From: Basidiobolus meristosporus CBS 931.73 | Taxonomy: Eukaryota; Fungi; Basidiobolomycota | Length of the DNA stretch: 64,000 bases | Assembly (NCBI GenBank): GCA_002104905.1 | Contig: MCFE01000039.1 | Coordinates: 124,001 to 188,000 of the forward strand | Direction: 5' to 3' | Part shown: positions 11,914 through 23,806 of the stretch, piece by piece | How the letters are laid out: the number at the start of each line of letters is the position of its first letter | How positions within the stretch are numbered: the stretch's first letter is position 1 | Program-made: the position numbers and the translations under genes | The notes under the pieces: model-generated | Seen by the model: the letters and a program-made list of their open reading frames with translations, nothing else | What the model was told of the DNA's origin: nothing | Database searches by the model: none

Positions 11914-12691
11914 ATGCCTAGAAATTTAATGAGACTTTCCAGCAGAATCTTGCCCAAGGAACGCTGGGTAAACCCAAAGGATCTTCTCAAAACCTGGAAC
12001 CTGGTCAAGGGTGATGAGGTTATGATAGTAACCGGTAAAGATAAGGGTGAAATTGGCAGAATTGCTCAGGTTGTTCGTAAACACAACAGCGTTATTGTTG
12101 CCGAGAAAAACCTAGTAAGTCTAGATTTGCCCACTCTGCCCTATCCGAAGTACTCACTCTCCCCTCTTTTAGGTATGGAAACACGTTCCTATGACCGAAT
12201 CTACACCTTCTGGTAAGGTTCAGAAGGAAATGCCCATTCATGTGTCCAATGTTGCCCTCCTCGACCCAAACACTAGGTTAGTATGAAATGGTCCGGGAAC
12301 TGTTCGACAACATCTACTTATTTCATGTGTACCAGACGTCCCACCAAAATAGACATGAGAAAGATTGCCGATGCCGAGACAGGAAAGCTGGAGTGGCACC
12401 GTTTCGCTGCCGGCACCAATACCGAAATCCCCAAGCCAGTTTATCTGGAATACAAGGAGAACAGAAAAGGTGTGTTTTCTTAGCATTATCTCTATTCGAC
12501 ACCTGTTTCTTATTGATGGTTTTCGACCTAATGTAGATGGTCCATTCGACACTGAGCCTGATGCTGTCGCTGAAGTCACCTACACTCCTACTCTCGCCTC
12601 CCCACCATTCCCCGAGTCAGTCATTGGGGAATTGACTGACCTCAGAAGCAAGCGTAACCGCTACCGGAAGAAGGCAACCTTCAAATTCTAA
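11914..12691 (+). CDS. MRPL24: Mitochondrial ribosomal protein uL24m (yeast Mrpl40 orthologue), multi-exon
   Basis: WNLVKGDEVMIVTGKDKGEIGRI (KOW motif), KEMPIHVSNVALLDP, DGPFDT and PPFPESVIGEL. Confidence 0.93.
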
Positions 12692-12798
12692 GTTATCATG
12701 CATACTTTCATACATAAATAAATCCATTCAGAGCCCTTTCATTCTATGCAATCTTGCCTTTAATCACTTCGTGATTCCAAAATAAAAAGAGGTGATAT

Positions 12799-13904
12799 TT
12801 ACAGTGAGATACTAGGGAGCAAAACCTGGCTTGTGACTAGCTCAAATTTCTTCCAAAACTCTTGCTTTTGGATTCGCTCCGTGAGTGTTTTCGAGAATCC
12901 GGATTGAATTATTTCGACCAGCTCGAGGTTAGAGGGGACACTGAAGCTCATAAGGGGGTGTTCACATACACCTCTTAGCTCACTATTGCAATGTGGGTTA
13001 GTGTATGTTTTGGTGAAGAGATGTTGGTGTAGGTTACAACAGTATATCAGATGTAGGGGCCACCATCACTCTAAAGAGCCCGAGTGGTTCGTTTGAGAGA
13101 CAGTTTCTGTTGGTCTGAGTACCCTCCGGCTCGTAATATGCTATCGGATAGTTCAGCAACCAGCCAGTGAATGTAATTAAGGCAGGGGGAAAGATTTCAG
13201 TGTACAATACGGATTGCGAAGACGATAAAAATGGGGCTAGGGTTTGAACTATAAATTCCCTTAACGGCAACGTAACCTCCATTTGTCTATCGTTCTCAAG
13301 CTGAATGAAAAAGGATTACTTCAAACACCAGAATATTGAATAGTATAGGAAGGCTTACAAGCTGAGGCTGTCGTAACTTCTCATCGGCATCCACAATCAA
13401 ATACGAATCCAACCCTACTTTCACTTGCTCTTGAAGTAGCACGGAATGACATATAAATGTGTAGGTGTCCTCGAATTGCAAACCACGCAGCTGTGAAGTA
13501 AGTGAATATACTTCCTCTTCGCAATCCTACAAGGATGGTTAATCATAGGCTTCAAGGCTGAGTGTTCATGCACTTTACATTCAAGGTTTCAAGAAAGTCC
13601 GCCAGCTCTTCGTTATTTAAGAAAAATATATCGACCAAAAGGCTAGTCCTTTTGCAACAGTCATTAATATTTATACATGGCTAATGTTCAGGAGGGATCT
13701 ACCTCAAACCACACACAATTGCGAGAACATCTACGGATTAACAAATATTAAACTTCATGTGGTCAATCAATATTTCGGGTCGGAATACGTGCCCAGCACA
13801 AAAACATCTAGTTTTACGGTCTTCGCTCTTCTGGAAAAACATTTCTTCACAGTTTTACTGACATGTGAGAAGAGTCGTTGATTGAGGCTCAAGCTCTGCT
13901 TCAT
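12799..13904 (-). CDS. UPF0739/C1orf74 (DUF4504)-like protein, multi-exon
   Basis: Spliced translation contains DVLAIVCGLRTSLLVD, LITFTGWLLNYPIAY, NCLSNEPLGLFRV, PLMSFSVP and a terminal VLLPSISL*. These parallel the recalled C1orf74 motifs EVLAVARGLKPA, GILLGYPV, NCL..TPLRVF, LYSFSVP and LPAVAL. The start and first donor are uncertain. Confidence 0.7.
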
Positions 13905-14242
13905 TATGGATACAGGTGACTGGAAAACCCAGTTGGATGTAAAAACCAGCCGAAATCGCACGTGATGGAGAGGTTGTCGAGCATAGATAGTGTTAGTCAC
14001 TTTACTATATTTCCATATCAGTCCGTAACAAGCTGTTGGAAGCATGAGTGAATACAATATTCATTTTTACTACCAATTTGCCACCTCAAATCACAACTTT
14101 TGGTTGGAATTTTTGTGCAATGGAATGGAATTTCCCAATTTTTGACTTGTGTTCTGATACAAGTATATTTGCCCTGTACTGTGTCACATTTAGAGAGCAG
14201 AGAGTATAGTGTATCCGTGCCCTGAATCTCGCTTGTTATGAG

Positions 14243-15389
14243 ATGGACTCTACATTACTGAATCTACGTGTCAACGAGCAACCTACAAATCCTCGAACAA
14301 ACGTTGACGAGGGTAGTTTAAACGATTCATCCAGCGAGCCTTTTGGAGGGAGAGAATCAAGTATCGGTTCAAACTCAGCCCATCGACTATCTTCCATCGC
14401 GCAAGAAGTGGAGTTGGTCGAAAACGGACGTCGTAACAAAATAGAGACGCTGGTTTTATCACAGGACGGAGTTCGACAAGCAAATGCCAGCGCGATCTCA
14501 ACCTCATTGCCACGTGCAAGTAACTTCTCCCCTTTTTGGACAACAGAAAACATTGCTCGTCTGTTGAAGTATCTTGAGTCACATTTCGAAGACTATAATA
14601 ATCTCAAGAAAAACGAGTTCTACCGTCAAGCCGCTGCGTCACTTGGCTTCACTTGGCAACAAGTTAAAAACAAACTGGTGAATAATCAAAATTTTTACCA
14701 AGCTATCAATTGAAGTACTAATACGGGCGCATTGCCAGGAACGTTTAAAGAAAGAATACGTAAACAGCCGACTTGCCCAGATTGCTCAACAAAGCACCGG
14801 CTTGAGCGGCTCTCACTCAAGACCAAACCTACAATTTTACGATCGTTTAGACCTTCTGTTTGGTCATGAGGTGGGACTTAACGGAAGTCATGAGAACTTC
14901 GGGAATGGATTTTTTGGCGCGCCCCTAGTCGATGAGTTGGATAGCGATCCTGACAACTCCTCAATATCAGGCATGGATGGGGAGGGCTCCGTCGTTACAA
15001 ACATACAAAAAAGGCGACGAACCACCGAATCAGTAGATGTAGAACGCGCTCGGAGCCAAGAGAGATGCGAATCTATATCATCCGCAAATAATGCTACTCC
15101 AAATCCACTCAGTTGTCCAGGTAATCCCTGCCCATACCCATACACCAACGGCATGTCTGCTAAAAGTCGGCCAGACGAGGCTCGTTCTGCACTAGAGAAA
15201 CGTAAGATTGCGTTGGAAGAAGAGAGACTGAAGATTGCGAAGCGCAGACTTGACTGGGAGGAAGAGCGACTTAAGCTAGACAAACGTAGAATCGACTGGG
15301 AAGAGCAATGCCTTCAATTAGAAAGGCGCAAGGTTGAGTGGGAGTTTGAGTCTGTTAGAAGGCGATTCGAGTTGGACAAAGAGATGTAG
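14243..15389 (+). CDS. Myb/SANT-like (trihelix/MADF-type) DNA-binding protein with C-terminal coiled coil
   Basis: Intron 14678..14738 (GTGAAT donor, TACTAAT branch, CAG acceptor) joins FWTTENIARLLKYL...QVKNKL to ERLKKEY...STG...FYDRLDLLFG in frame. The tail LEEERLKIAKRRLDWEEERLKLDKRRIDWEEQ has a 14-aa period. Confidence 0.8.
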
Positions 15390-15543
15390 ATACGGTCAAT
15401 GAATGGAATGTGTACATTTCCTAGATATTTCCCCGCGATTTGAATATCTCTTGCTCTCTTCTGTGTAAATACCCCATATCCGAGCCATTTATTGCATTTT
15501 TGGGATTGGATGATATGTAAAAGTAATCTAATAAATAGCCAGA

Positions 15544-16224
15544 CTATGTCTTTTTGTATCGCCAGTATTTGGATCCCACTCTCCCTGCACGGCCTCTGCC
15601 TCGAGGACGACCTATCCCAAGGTTAGAGCCATGATATTTAGTGCAGTCGACATGGATTATTGGATATTGATCTTGGGCTCGAGGGGTGGCAAAGTCTTGG
15701 GTCCACACGTTCTTCGTGCTCACATAACCAGCACCAAAATGGGTGAACCCTGGGTTAAGAAGGTTTTTTCTGTGGGCTTGGTATCCGATGAGGATTACTA
15801 CGCTGACTTTTCTCTAGACAATTGAACCACTTACGCGGAGATTTCATCCATTGTCGCATCACCTGAACGGCGTTGGAATAGCCCTTGGCCACGTTTTCCC
15901 CGTACTTACGCCATTGGAAGCCTACTCGCGAAATACGCTCCCCTGGGTTGCTGCGGTCAGAGCCAGTATGGGAAAGGTACCCAAGGCGAAAGGCTTGGTC
16001 TTCCGAGTGTTTATGCGCAGCCGAGTTTAGTTTGCTAAGAATGAATGTGTTACGTATATGTATGTCACATTAGCATGGGGAGCATACCTGTTCAGGGAAA
16101 GAGGCTTTAGCCCGTACTTGGCTCGCTCCTGGTTTACTAGACAGTAGAGCTTCTCCACGGCGGGGCTAGCGGTAATACAAGTGATCAAAGCTGACCAACA
16201 TATGATCGATTGTAAGTTTACCAT
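15544..16224 (-). CDS. Secreted CAP/SCP-domain protein (YkwD-like type), 3 exons
   Basis: Signal peptide MVNLQSIICWSALITCITA. Then LVNQERAKYGLKPL, AAHKHSEDQ, SHTGSD, GENVAKGY, VMRQWMKSPPHRKNLLNPGFTHFGAGY and WTQDF. Confidence 0.88.
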
Positions 16225-16554
16225 CTAGTGGCGGCGGAAAGTAGAGTTAGAAAGATATATATGCATACATCCACACCATCACCTGAAACGTGGTCCGCTT
16301 TGGCTGTAGCTAAACTATATTATCCCGACCTGTGGAGCAAACTTAATCTAATATCAAGATCTACAGCGCTGTCTCCGGAAAATAGTGTCAAACGAACGTC
16401 ACGCATCGTAGAGATACTGTGATTGTGAGAATCATTCCGATGATTGTATCGGGAATCCCTGCCTCATAATCGTGTTTTTTCGGTCGAGTGATTAAAAAAA
16501 ATCCAGTATGCATTTAGTCAAGCACTGACTTGGTAGCAAACTAGAGTACTGAGA

Positions 16555-18847
16555 ATGCACGAAACCGTAACCTTACAATTCGGTGAATACGCGAATTTTG
16601 TTGGAACCCACTTCTGGAATACACAGGTCATTCATAGATTAAGATGAGGGTAGAGAACGAACTAGTTAACCTTTCTGCCATTTTCACTTAAAGGAGGCTT
16701 ACTTTAGTTATGAGCACTCCACAAATCCTGAATTCGAGCACGATGTTTTGTTTCGTGAGGGGAAAACACTATCAGTATGTTTAGATATACTCTACTTTAT
16801 CCGCGTGTAATTGTGTCTAATCTCATTTATTAGGGAGTTGATACGTACACTCCTAGACTCCTTATATATGACATGAAAGGTACAGCTGAGCCTTTGCACA
16901 GCCCTTATGGATAACTAGAAATATATGGAGGTGCTGAGGTGTAACAAATGTTAAACCCCCGTCGATAGGTGGCTTTGGCTCTATTCCAAAAGTTTCCGAA
17001 TTGTATGGTGCTAATGACGAAGACGATGAGGAAATTATGACTTGGTTAGCCTGTCTTCTATTAACAACGACTCTCCTTGGATCGTACATAACATGTTATC
17101 ATCCGTAAAGGGAGGGTAGAGTTGAATCCCACGATAACTCCAAAAACAGTCAACCTGGCAAAGTACTTGAAGAATAGTTGATATCACCAGAAAGCCCAAA
17201 CTCACCTACCCCTCTTCAGGTGATGAGTGATACAGACATTGAGAATTGGTCGGATTTCAATCGCATGTATTACCACCCTCGTACCGTCAATGAAATACCG
17301 CAAATCTCCTATCAGAGCGAACTCAACAAGTTCGACTGTTATAACAATGGAATCGACATATTCCAGGAATTTGAGAAAGTAGGATGTAATCAAGTAATAT
17401 ATATGGGTAGTTCCGCTCTAAATACGAAGTCGTCTAGGAGGCCGAATCTATCGATACGAGCTTCCGTCAGTTCGCTGAGGAGTGTGACTATTTACAGGCA
17501 TGTAGCACATTCTTGGCTAAACCTAAACCATACCTATTCCAATTTACTGACCATCAATTCCAGTGCATTAATGTTCTAACCAGTGTTTCGGATGGTTTTG
17601 GTGGATTTACTAGTAGCTACCTCGAGTATTTAAAGGACGACTATGCGAAAACACCCGTAGTGACATTTTCACTAGCAGACAAGGTATAGATAAGCACCCA
17701 CCCATCCACTTCAAAATCTAACCCCAGCTTTTCTCCAGAATACTACTGTGAAACATAAATTGAATAGTATTCTTAGTTTCGGCCATCTATCTGAACTTTC
17801 CAGTATAGTGGTCCCTATGGTTCCACCCCAGTTGGAGCAGAATAAGGTGTGTATTGTATTGGCCAAAAGTTCCCCAAAACCTAGTTCTAACTGACGACGA
17901 ATATAGCCTCTCAATCGTTTCCAGTCAAGCGCCATTCTAGGCATGGCTATTGAAACTGGCACCCTACCCCTGCGGTTTGCTATCTCCTGACCCTTTATGT
18001 TTGCAACTATACTGACAGAATACTTGAATAGATTGAAGGGAGCACGTATGCAGTTCCCTGATCTCCTCGGGCAGCTCCAGGCAGAATCGTCCTCGAATGT
18101 GGCTCTACTTACTTCATTCCTTCCCCTCTCTTCACCCAAGCAAATCAGTTTGGCTGGATTGGATATTCAACATGTATGAGCATTCATATTTTGAAGTTTA
18201 TTTCAGCTTCAGTATTCATTGATTAATCAATCCATTACACAGGATTCCTCCTTATTTGGTCAGATCTCGGTGCACCGCGGCCTTGACTTACTCACGATGT
18301 AACTTTTACCAATGATATACTTGAGCCCATGGTATGCCAACACTAACCATTTTACAAAGGGAGGAGCTGGCGGATTGGAGCTCACTGTTTCCCACTAATG
18401 AATTGGGATATTTCCCAGCTACTTCGGTCAAAACACCGGTTCCATTGCTCAACACCATGCCGCTTGCACTCCAGAATTCGATAAAACCTTTCTCTAAATG
18501 GTAACCGAGGCCAAATTCAAAATTACCCCTTGTCCAACAACTAAATTTCGCTCTTTTCATTCACTTCAGGAAATTTGGAGCTGGAGGTAACTGTTTCTCT
18601 ATAGCTACATGCATGTAATCCCTACTTACGCCACCTCCTAGAATTGGCGCCAACACCCCACATTGTTCAGTGGTGCAATACATTCCAAACACGTGCCATA
18701 ATGGAGGACTACGCTTCCTTCTTGGATAAGCTCAGTCTAAGAGCTATGCCAGAATATCAGAGTGGGCCATACGGATACACAGATGATGATTTTGCCGAGC
18801 TGAAAGAAATTATACACAATAAGCGAGATGCCTACTCTCAAGAATAA
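16555..18847 (+). CDS. DML1: Misato/DML1 tubulin-like mitochondrial distribution protein, multi-exon
   Basis: MHETVTLQFGEYANFVGTHFWNTQ, TYTPRLLIYDMKG, WSDFNRMYYHPRT and DGFGGF. Confidence 0.93.
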
Positions 18848-19082
18848 TTCATATTCGTCGGCCTATCAGTTGAAGCTTCATAGCCTATTTGTAATGAACG
18901 AACCATCGTCTCTCTATACAATGGCGAGAAATAAGAATTTGATGCAGCAGGGTGAAAAATAAACACGGCCACAGGAAAAGCTGTAAAAGCAACAAACATT
19001 CAAGTAATCACCAATTAGGAAGTCACAAATGTACATCACTTAAAGTTTTTTCAACACCAATGATATATTTGGTTGATGCAGA

Positions 19083-19202
19083 TTATCACCATATGGCATG
19101 CAAAACCCCTCAGCACATCTAATAACTGCCCCATGATAGTTAGACCCCAATTTTGGGTTATCAGGTGAGATCAGTGATAAGATAACATTATCAAAATTAT
19201 CA
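19083..19202. promoter_or_regulatory. Dense cluster of GATA (HGATAR) sites upstream of MTD1
   Basis: TTATCA 19083, TGATAG 19134, TTATCA 19158, TGATAA 19175, AGATAA 19180, TTATCA 19188 and TTATCA 19197. The cluster lies 140-260 bp before the MTD1 ATG. Confidence 0.55.
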
Positions 19203-19343
19203 AATCTCCACTGATCAAGAGTCTAACTGTAGCACATGCTTATTTTGTAGTTGACGGGTCGAAAAATTTTTTGTAGACGTTTAAGCATATGATTTAGGAC
19301 CGAGCTTTCCTCACGAACACTTCTCACTATTTCGCCTACAAGC

Positions 19344-20442
19344 ATGTCCTGCAAAAAAGTTCTGGCCTCCGAGGTTGCTGCTCCTTTCAGGTTAGTTTGG
19401 GAAGCGTATGGTGGCGTCCCGACCGCGTGCTAAATTGAATTTTCCCAACTTGCAGACAGGAATTGAAGCAAACCATTCAGGAAAAGGGCATCCGCCCCAA
19501 ATTGGTCGGTTTCTTGGCAAACGATGATCCCGCCGCCGTCATGTACGCCAACTGGACAGCAAAGACCTGCGCCGAAACTGGAGTCGAGTTCGAGCTCCGT
19601 AAGGTGGATAGAAACAATCTGGAAGAATGTGTGGTAGAGGCCAATGAAGACAAGAGTATCCACGGGATCATGGTGTACTACCCAGTTTTCGGAGGAAACC
19701 AGGTACGTCTAGACTGCGTGTCGCGTGAAATCCCCGGTACGCTAATGTTTCTTTTCAGGATCAATATATCCAGAATGTCGTCAGCCCTCGCAAGGATGTC
19801 GAGAGCTTGTGCCATCAGTACCGCTACAACATGTACCACAACATCCGTTACTTGGATCCCGAGGAATCCCAGAAATGTATCATTCCCTGCACCCCTCTCG
19901 CAGTGGTCAAAATCTTGGAATACGTGGGTGTGTACAACAAGATCCTCAACTACGGCGACCGTCTCCACGGGAAGACTATCACCGTGATCAACCGTAGTGA
20001 GGTGGTTGGTAGACCACTTGCCGCACTGTTGGCCAACGACGGAGCCAAGGTGTTCTCGGTCGATGTGACTGGCATCCAAGAGTTCCATCGTGGACAAGGG
20101 CTGAAGTTGAAGAAGCATGAGGTATGTTGCTGACCACTGAGAATCTCTGGGCATCCCAGTATAGTAACAAAGAACAAATAGGTTTTTGAATGCGATAAAA
20201 CCTTGGAAGAGGTGGTTGCCCTCTCCGACGTCGTGATCACCGGTGTCCCCACCAAGTCCTACAAGCTTCCCACCTCCTTGCTCAAGGACGGGGTCGTCGC
20301 CCTGAACTTCTCCACCTTCAAGAATTTCGAGGATGATGTCACCGACAAAGCCTCCATCTACATCCCTTCCGTGGGCAAAGTCACAGTCGCCATGTTGGAG
20401 AGAAATCTAATCAGATTATATGATTATCAAACACGTGCATAG
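19344..20442 (+). CDS. MTD1: NAD-dependent monofunctional methylenetetrahydrofolate dehydrogenase, multi-exon
   Basis: MSCKKVLASEVA, PKLVGFLANDDPAAVMYANWT, HGIMVYYPVFG, KDVESLCH, ILPCTP-like IIPCTPLAVVKILEY, VINRSEVVGRPLAALLANDGA and SVGKVTVAMLERNL. Confidence 0.96.
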
Positions 20443-20758
20443 ATAGCAGCCATAACTCCATAGAAGCACCACCTTAGATTCCAGCTACCCATCCATACTT
20501 AAACAACAATAAATTTCTGGCATTCCAACTTAAACACACTCGACCCCATCTCGTATGATGAGCGGACCAATTTCACCAGGAAAAAAAATGTGGAAAAAAA
20601 GGGGGCCCAAGGCGGATGATACGGGCGACGAGGGCATTTTTTTTCTAATGTAGTCGAGTCTAAATCGATCGGGGAATTCTTTTTTTTTTTGTGATTACAT
20701 ACCAGCCTTGGGTCCGCCTCATTCCCATTGAAACTCGTTTTCTTACCCACAGTAAAGA

Positions 20759-21971
20759 ATGCTCAGAGCCATGTAAGAACGCCCTTGAAGTTTGCTCGTT
20801 TGTAGAAGGATCCGAGGTTAACCAACGTTCTATTTCCCATAAAGCAAGCCCAAAAACGCCCGTTCCAAACGCGCTTTCGAGAAACGTGAACCCAAGGTGG
20901 TGGAGAATACCAAGACCGCCTTGTTCATTCGCGGTAGCCAGACCAGTCAGATAGTGAATGACGCATTGAACGATCTGGTATGTACACCCTTATCGTGGGA
21001 ACCGTTCGCCTGTCGGTTTCGACTGACCTTTTCTCTCCTTCGCCACCAAAGTACTCCCTCAAGAAGCCCGATGCCATCAACTTCACCAAGAAAAACCAAA
21101 TCCACCCCTTCGACGACGATACCAGCCTGGAGTTCTTCAGCAAGAAGAACGACACCTCCTTGTTCGTTGTCGGTACCCACTCCAAGAAGAGACCACACAA
21201 CTTGATCCTGGGTAGAACTTTCGACCACCAGATTCTTGATATGCTTGAGCTTGGCATCGAGCGTGCCACCCCGATCAAGGAATTCAAGGTTAGCTAAGCG
21301 GACTGACGCCATCGATGTGTATTGCTTGGCACACTAACCGGATTTTCATTTGTGCAGTCTTCCAAGTGCGCGGTTGGCATGAAGCCTTGTTTCGTCTTCA
21401 ACGGGGAGATCTGGGACCAGCGCGAGGATTACTCTAAGCTCAAGAACATGCTCTTGGACTTCTATCACGGACAGACTGTGGATTCGGTCAACTTGGCCGG
21501 TTTGGAGTACGTGATCTCGGTTACCGCCGGTCCTCTCAAGGCCGACGGTACCCCAGGGACCGTCTATTTCCGTGTGTACACTATTCAAATGAAGAAGTCC
21601 GGTCAACGCACACCTAGAGTTGAGCTCGAGGAGATGGGCCCATCATTGGACTTGACTTTCAGAAGATCCAAGTTCGCCCCCGAGGAGATCATGAAGCAGG
21701 CCACCAAGGCTCCTAGAGAGCTCAAGGTTAGTACATTTGTATATACATCGCGCACCGCCGGACAACCCATACTGACCAGCCCAATCCTTTCCAGCCCAAG
21801 AAGGTCAAGAACATCCAACACGATGAGATGGGCGACAAGTTCGGACGCATCCATCTTGGCAGACAGGACTTCGAGAAGATCCAAACCCGTAAGATGAAGG
21901 GTCTGAAGAAGGAGTCCGACAAAAACAAGAAGAGAAAGACCTCCGAAGAGGAGAGCGAAGGTGAAGAGTAA
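20759..21971 (+). CDS. RPF2: Ribosome biogenesis Brix protein RPF2, multi-exon
   Basis: KPKNARSKRAFEKREPKVVENTKTALF, IHPFDDDTSLEFFSKKNDTSLFVVGTHSKKRPHNL, PRVELEEMGPSLD and GDKFGRIHLGRQD. Confidence 0.96.
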
Positions 21972-22397
21972 TCAGGGCCGGGGCTAGCTCGCCCTGCTCT
22001 TGGTATTGCATTAATCATGTACTCACTCTCGAGACGGAACTTCTCTTTCTTCGCACAGTTATATATCACCTTTGACTTTCTTTCGTTCGAAACCAATTGA
22101 ATTATTGTACCCATTTTAAGATAGACAATGCTAGTAATAATAAAGAAAAGGCGCTGTACACGACCGTTCTAAATGGCCACACTTCCACACCTCCGCACTT
22201 CACTCGCAACGTTGGGTGATTCAGCTAGTATACATCATCTTTCATGTCAATTTATCATTAGTCCTGAAGGCCAAGGGTTGTGGGCGGTTTCGGGAGATTG
22301 GAGGATTCAGAAAATCAATGGATGGCTATCTATGTTTCCAAAAAAGATCAATGATGTGGTTGGGGGGGGGAGAAGAGAGACATCGCGTGAAAGAAGA

Positions 22398-23529
22398 TTA
22401 ATCCGAAGTGGGGGGATCCGAGGGCTCGGCAGGTTTGGTGGGTTTGTTCGCCTCTTCGTATTCTAGTAAGCGGTCGATGTCCGACACTTTCCACGCGAGT
22501 GTGCCATCGTTCCAAGCGACGGCAAGCTTGTTGGCTGGTTCATAGTACTCTGTCTCGAACGACATGATGATGCTACGACGGGCCTTGTTGTCTACGATGG
22601 TCGTCTCATTCTGTGACAGTTGGAAATGTATGTCGGCGTCCACCTCCACGTCGACTTTGAAGAAAATCCCCTTGTCGCTCTCCTTGGCGATGAATTCGAC
22701 GTACTTCGCGAAGGATTCGCTGTCCAAGCCCTTCTTGTGGTAGGCCAGCGTGTACGTGCAAGTCTGGCGTCTTACATAATTCTTCGTATCTGTCAACGCT
22801 TTTTGGGGGCCCTCGATGACCCATATGTCCTTCACCAAACCGTCGTAGAGACGAACGAAGTCGATGTTGACGCTGGCGTTTCGCTTGGATAAGTTTTCAA
22901 GTTCTGCGGCATAGCGTTCGTACAGCTGGTGGCTCATGTTGTCCTTGAGGTATGGTAGGTTGCTGCTGCTTATGTTGCGGCAGATTTCTTTCGTAGCAAG
23001 CGCGGCTAAGTCAGAGAGCAGTGAGTACTCGAAAGGTCAGCAAGTAATATAGACTCAACCACGCTAGTAAGTGTTCGTACCTCCGATAAGGAATTGGTCG
23101 GGGAAATAGTCTGGCGAGGTGTAGCTTTGGAGCTTAGAGCCACAATGCCAGCGAGCGATGGGCGGCACGATATATTCCGCAAGTGGGAAGTTCTTGACCC
23201 GCGGGTGCATGTTGTATTTTGGTGTGCCTATGCGTGGAGGTTGCTCGCCATACAACCACGCTGAAGAGAAAAAAGGGGGCCAGGTTAGAAAGCCTTGGCT
23301 AGGTGGAGCGCTTCTACCCAACAAACATACGGAATTTTACTGGCTCTTCGGTGCCGTCAAAGGTTGACGGCTCGGGATTCTCTGAACCCTTGGCTGAGAA
23401 ATACCTACTAGGTATTATCTGGGCTGAGGCATTCTTCACTACAGGTGCAAGGACAAGTCGTCTGGCAATGTTAGGGTGGATTCGGACGCCACGGCGCCAG
23501 ACGTTCGCACTACTCAACGAGCTCAACAT
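22398..23529 (-). CDS. Mitochondrial Tim44-like/MAIP1-like protein, 3 exons, 328 aa
   Basis: Exons 23529-23331, 23260-23081 and 23005-22398 total 987 nt in frame, with GTATGT and GTACGA donors. The N-terminus is an Arg/Ser-rich presequence (MLSSLSSANVWRRGVRIHPNIARRL). FPDQFLIGAALATKEICRNIS...L.DNMSHQLYERY resembles the Tim44/MAIP1 first helices. Confidence 0.6.
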
Positions 23530-23553
23530 TTTAGAAATGGAAATGATATGTAA

Positions 23554-23581
23554 AACGTACAACGTATAACGTATAACGTAT
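23554..23581. repeat. 7-bp tandem repeat (AACGTAY)x4 just upstream of the Tim44/MAIP1-like ATG
   Basis: AACGTAC AACGTAT AACGTAT AACGTAT. Confidence 0.8.
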
Positions 23582-23806
23582 CGCTGTCCTTAGTATCTGG
23601 AATATGTCGGAAATACTATGAAATGGTCGATTGAAAAATTGGCGTCATCACCTAACACCTAATGCTCCCCAACTTGTCCCCAAATAGAATAACCCAGTGA
23701 TTGTGGAATTGAAAAACCCATTTGCTATGTGATCTATTCAATTGTCTGTGCTGGAACAATTCTAATATTTATTCTTATTACAAGGCGATCATCATCAGCA
23801 TCAAAT

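Noticed and set aside
14678-14738. Apparent premature TGA (14711) suggesting a Myb pseudogene
   Set aside because: The stop lies in a 61-nt intron with a TACTAAT branch point. Splicing restores QVKNKL-ERLKKEY in frame.
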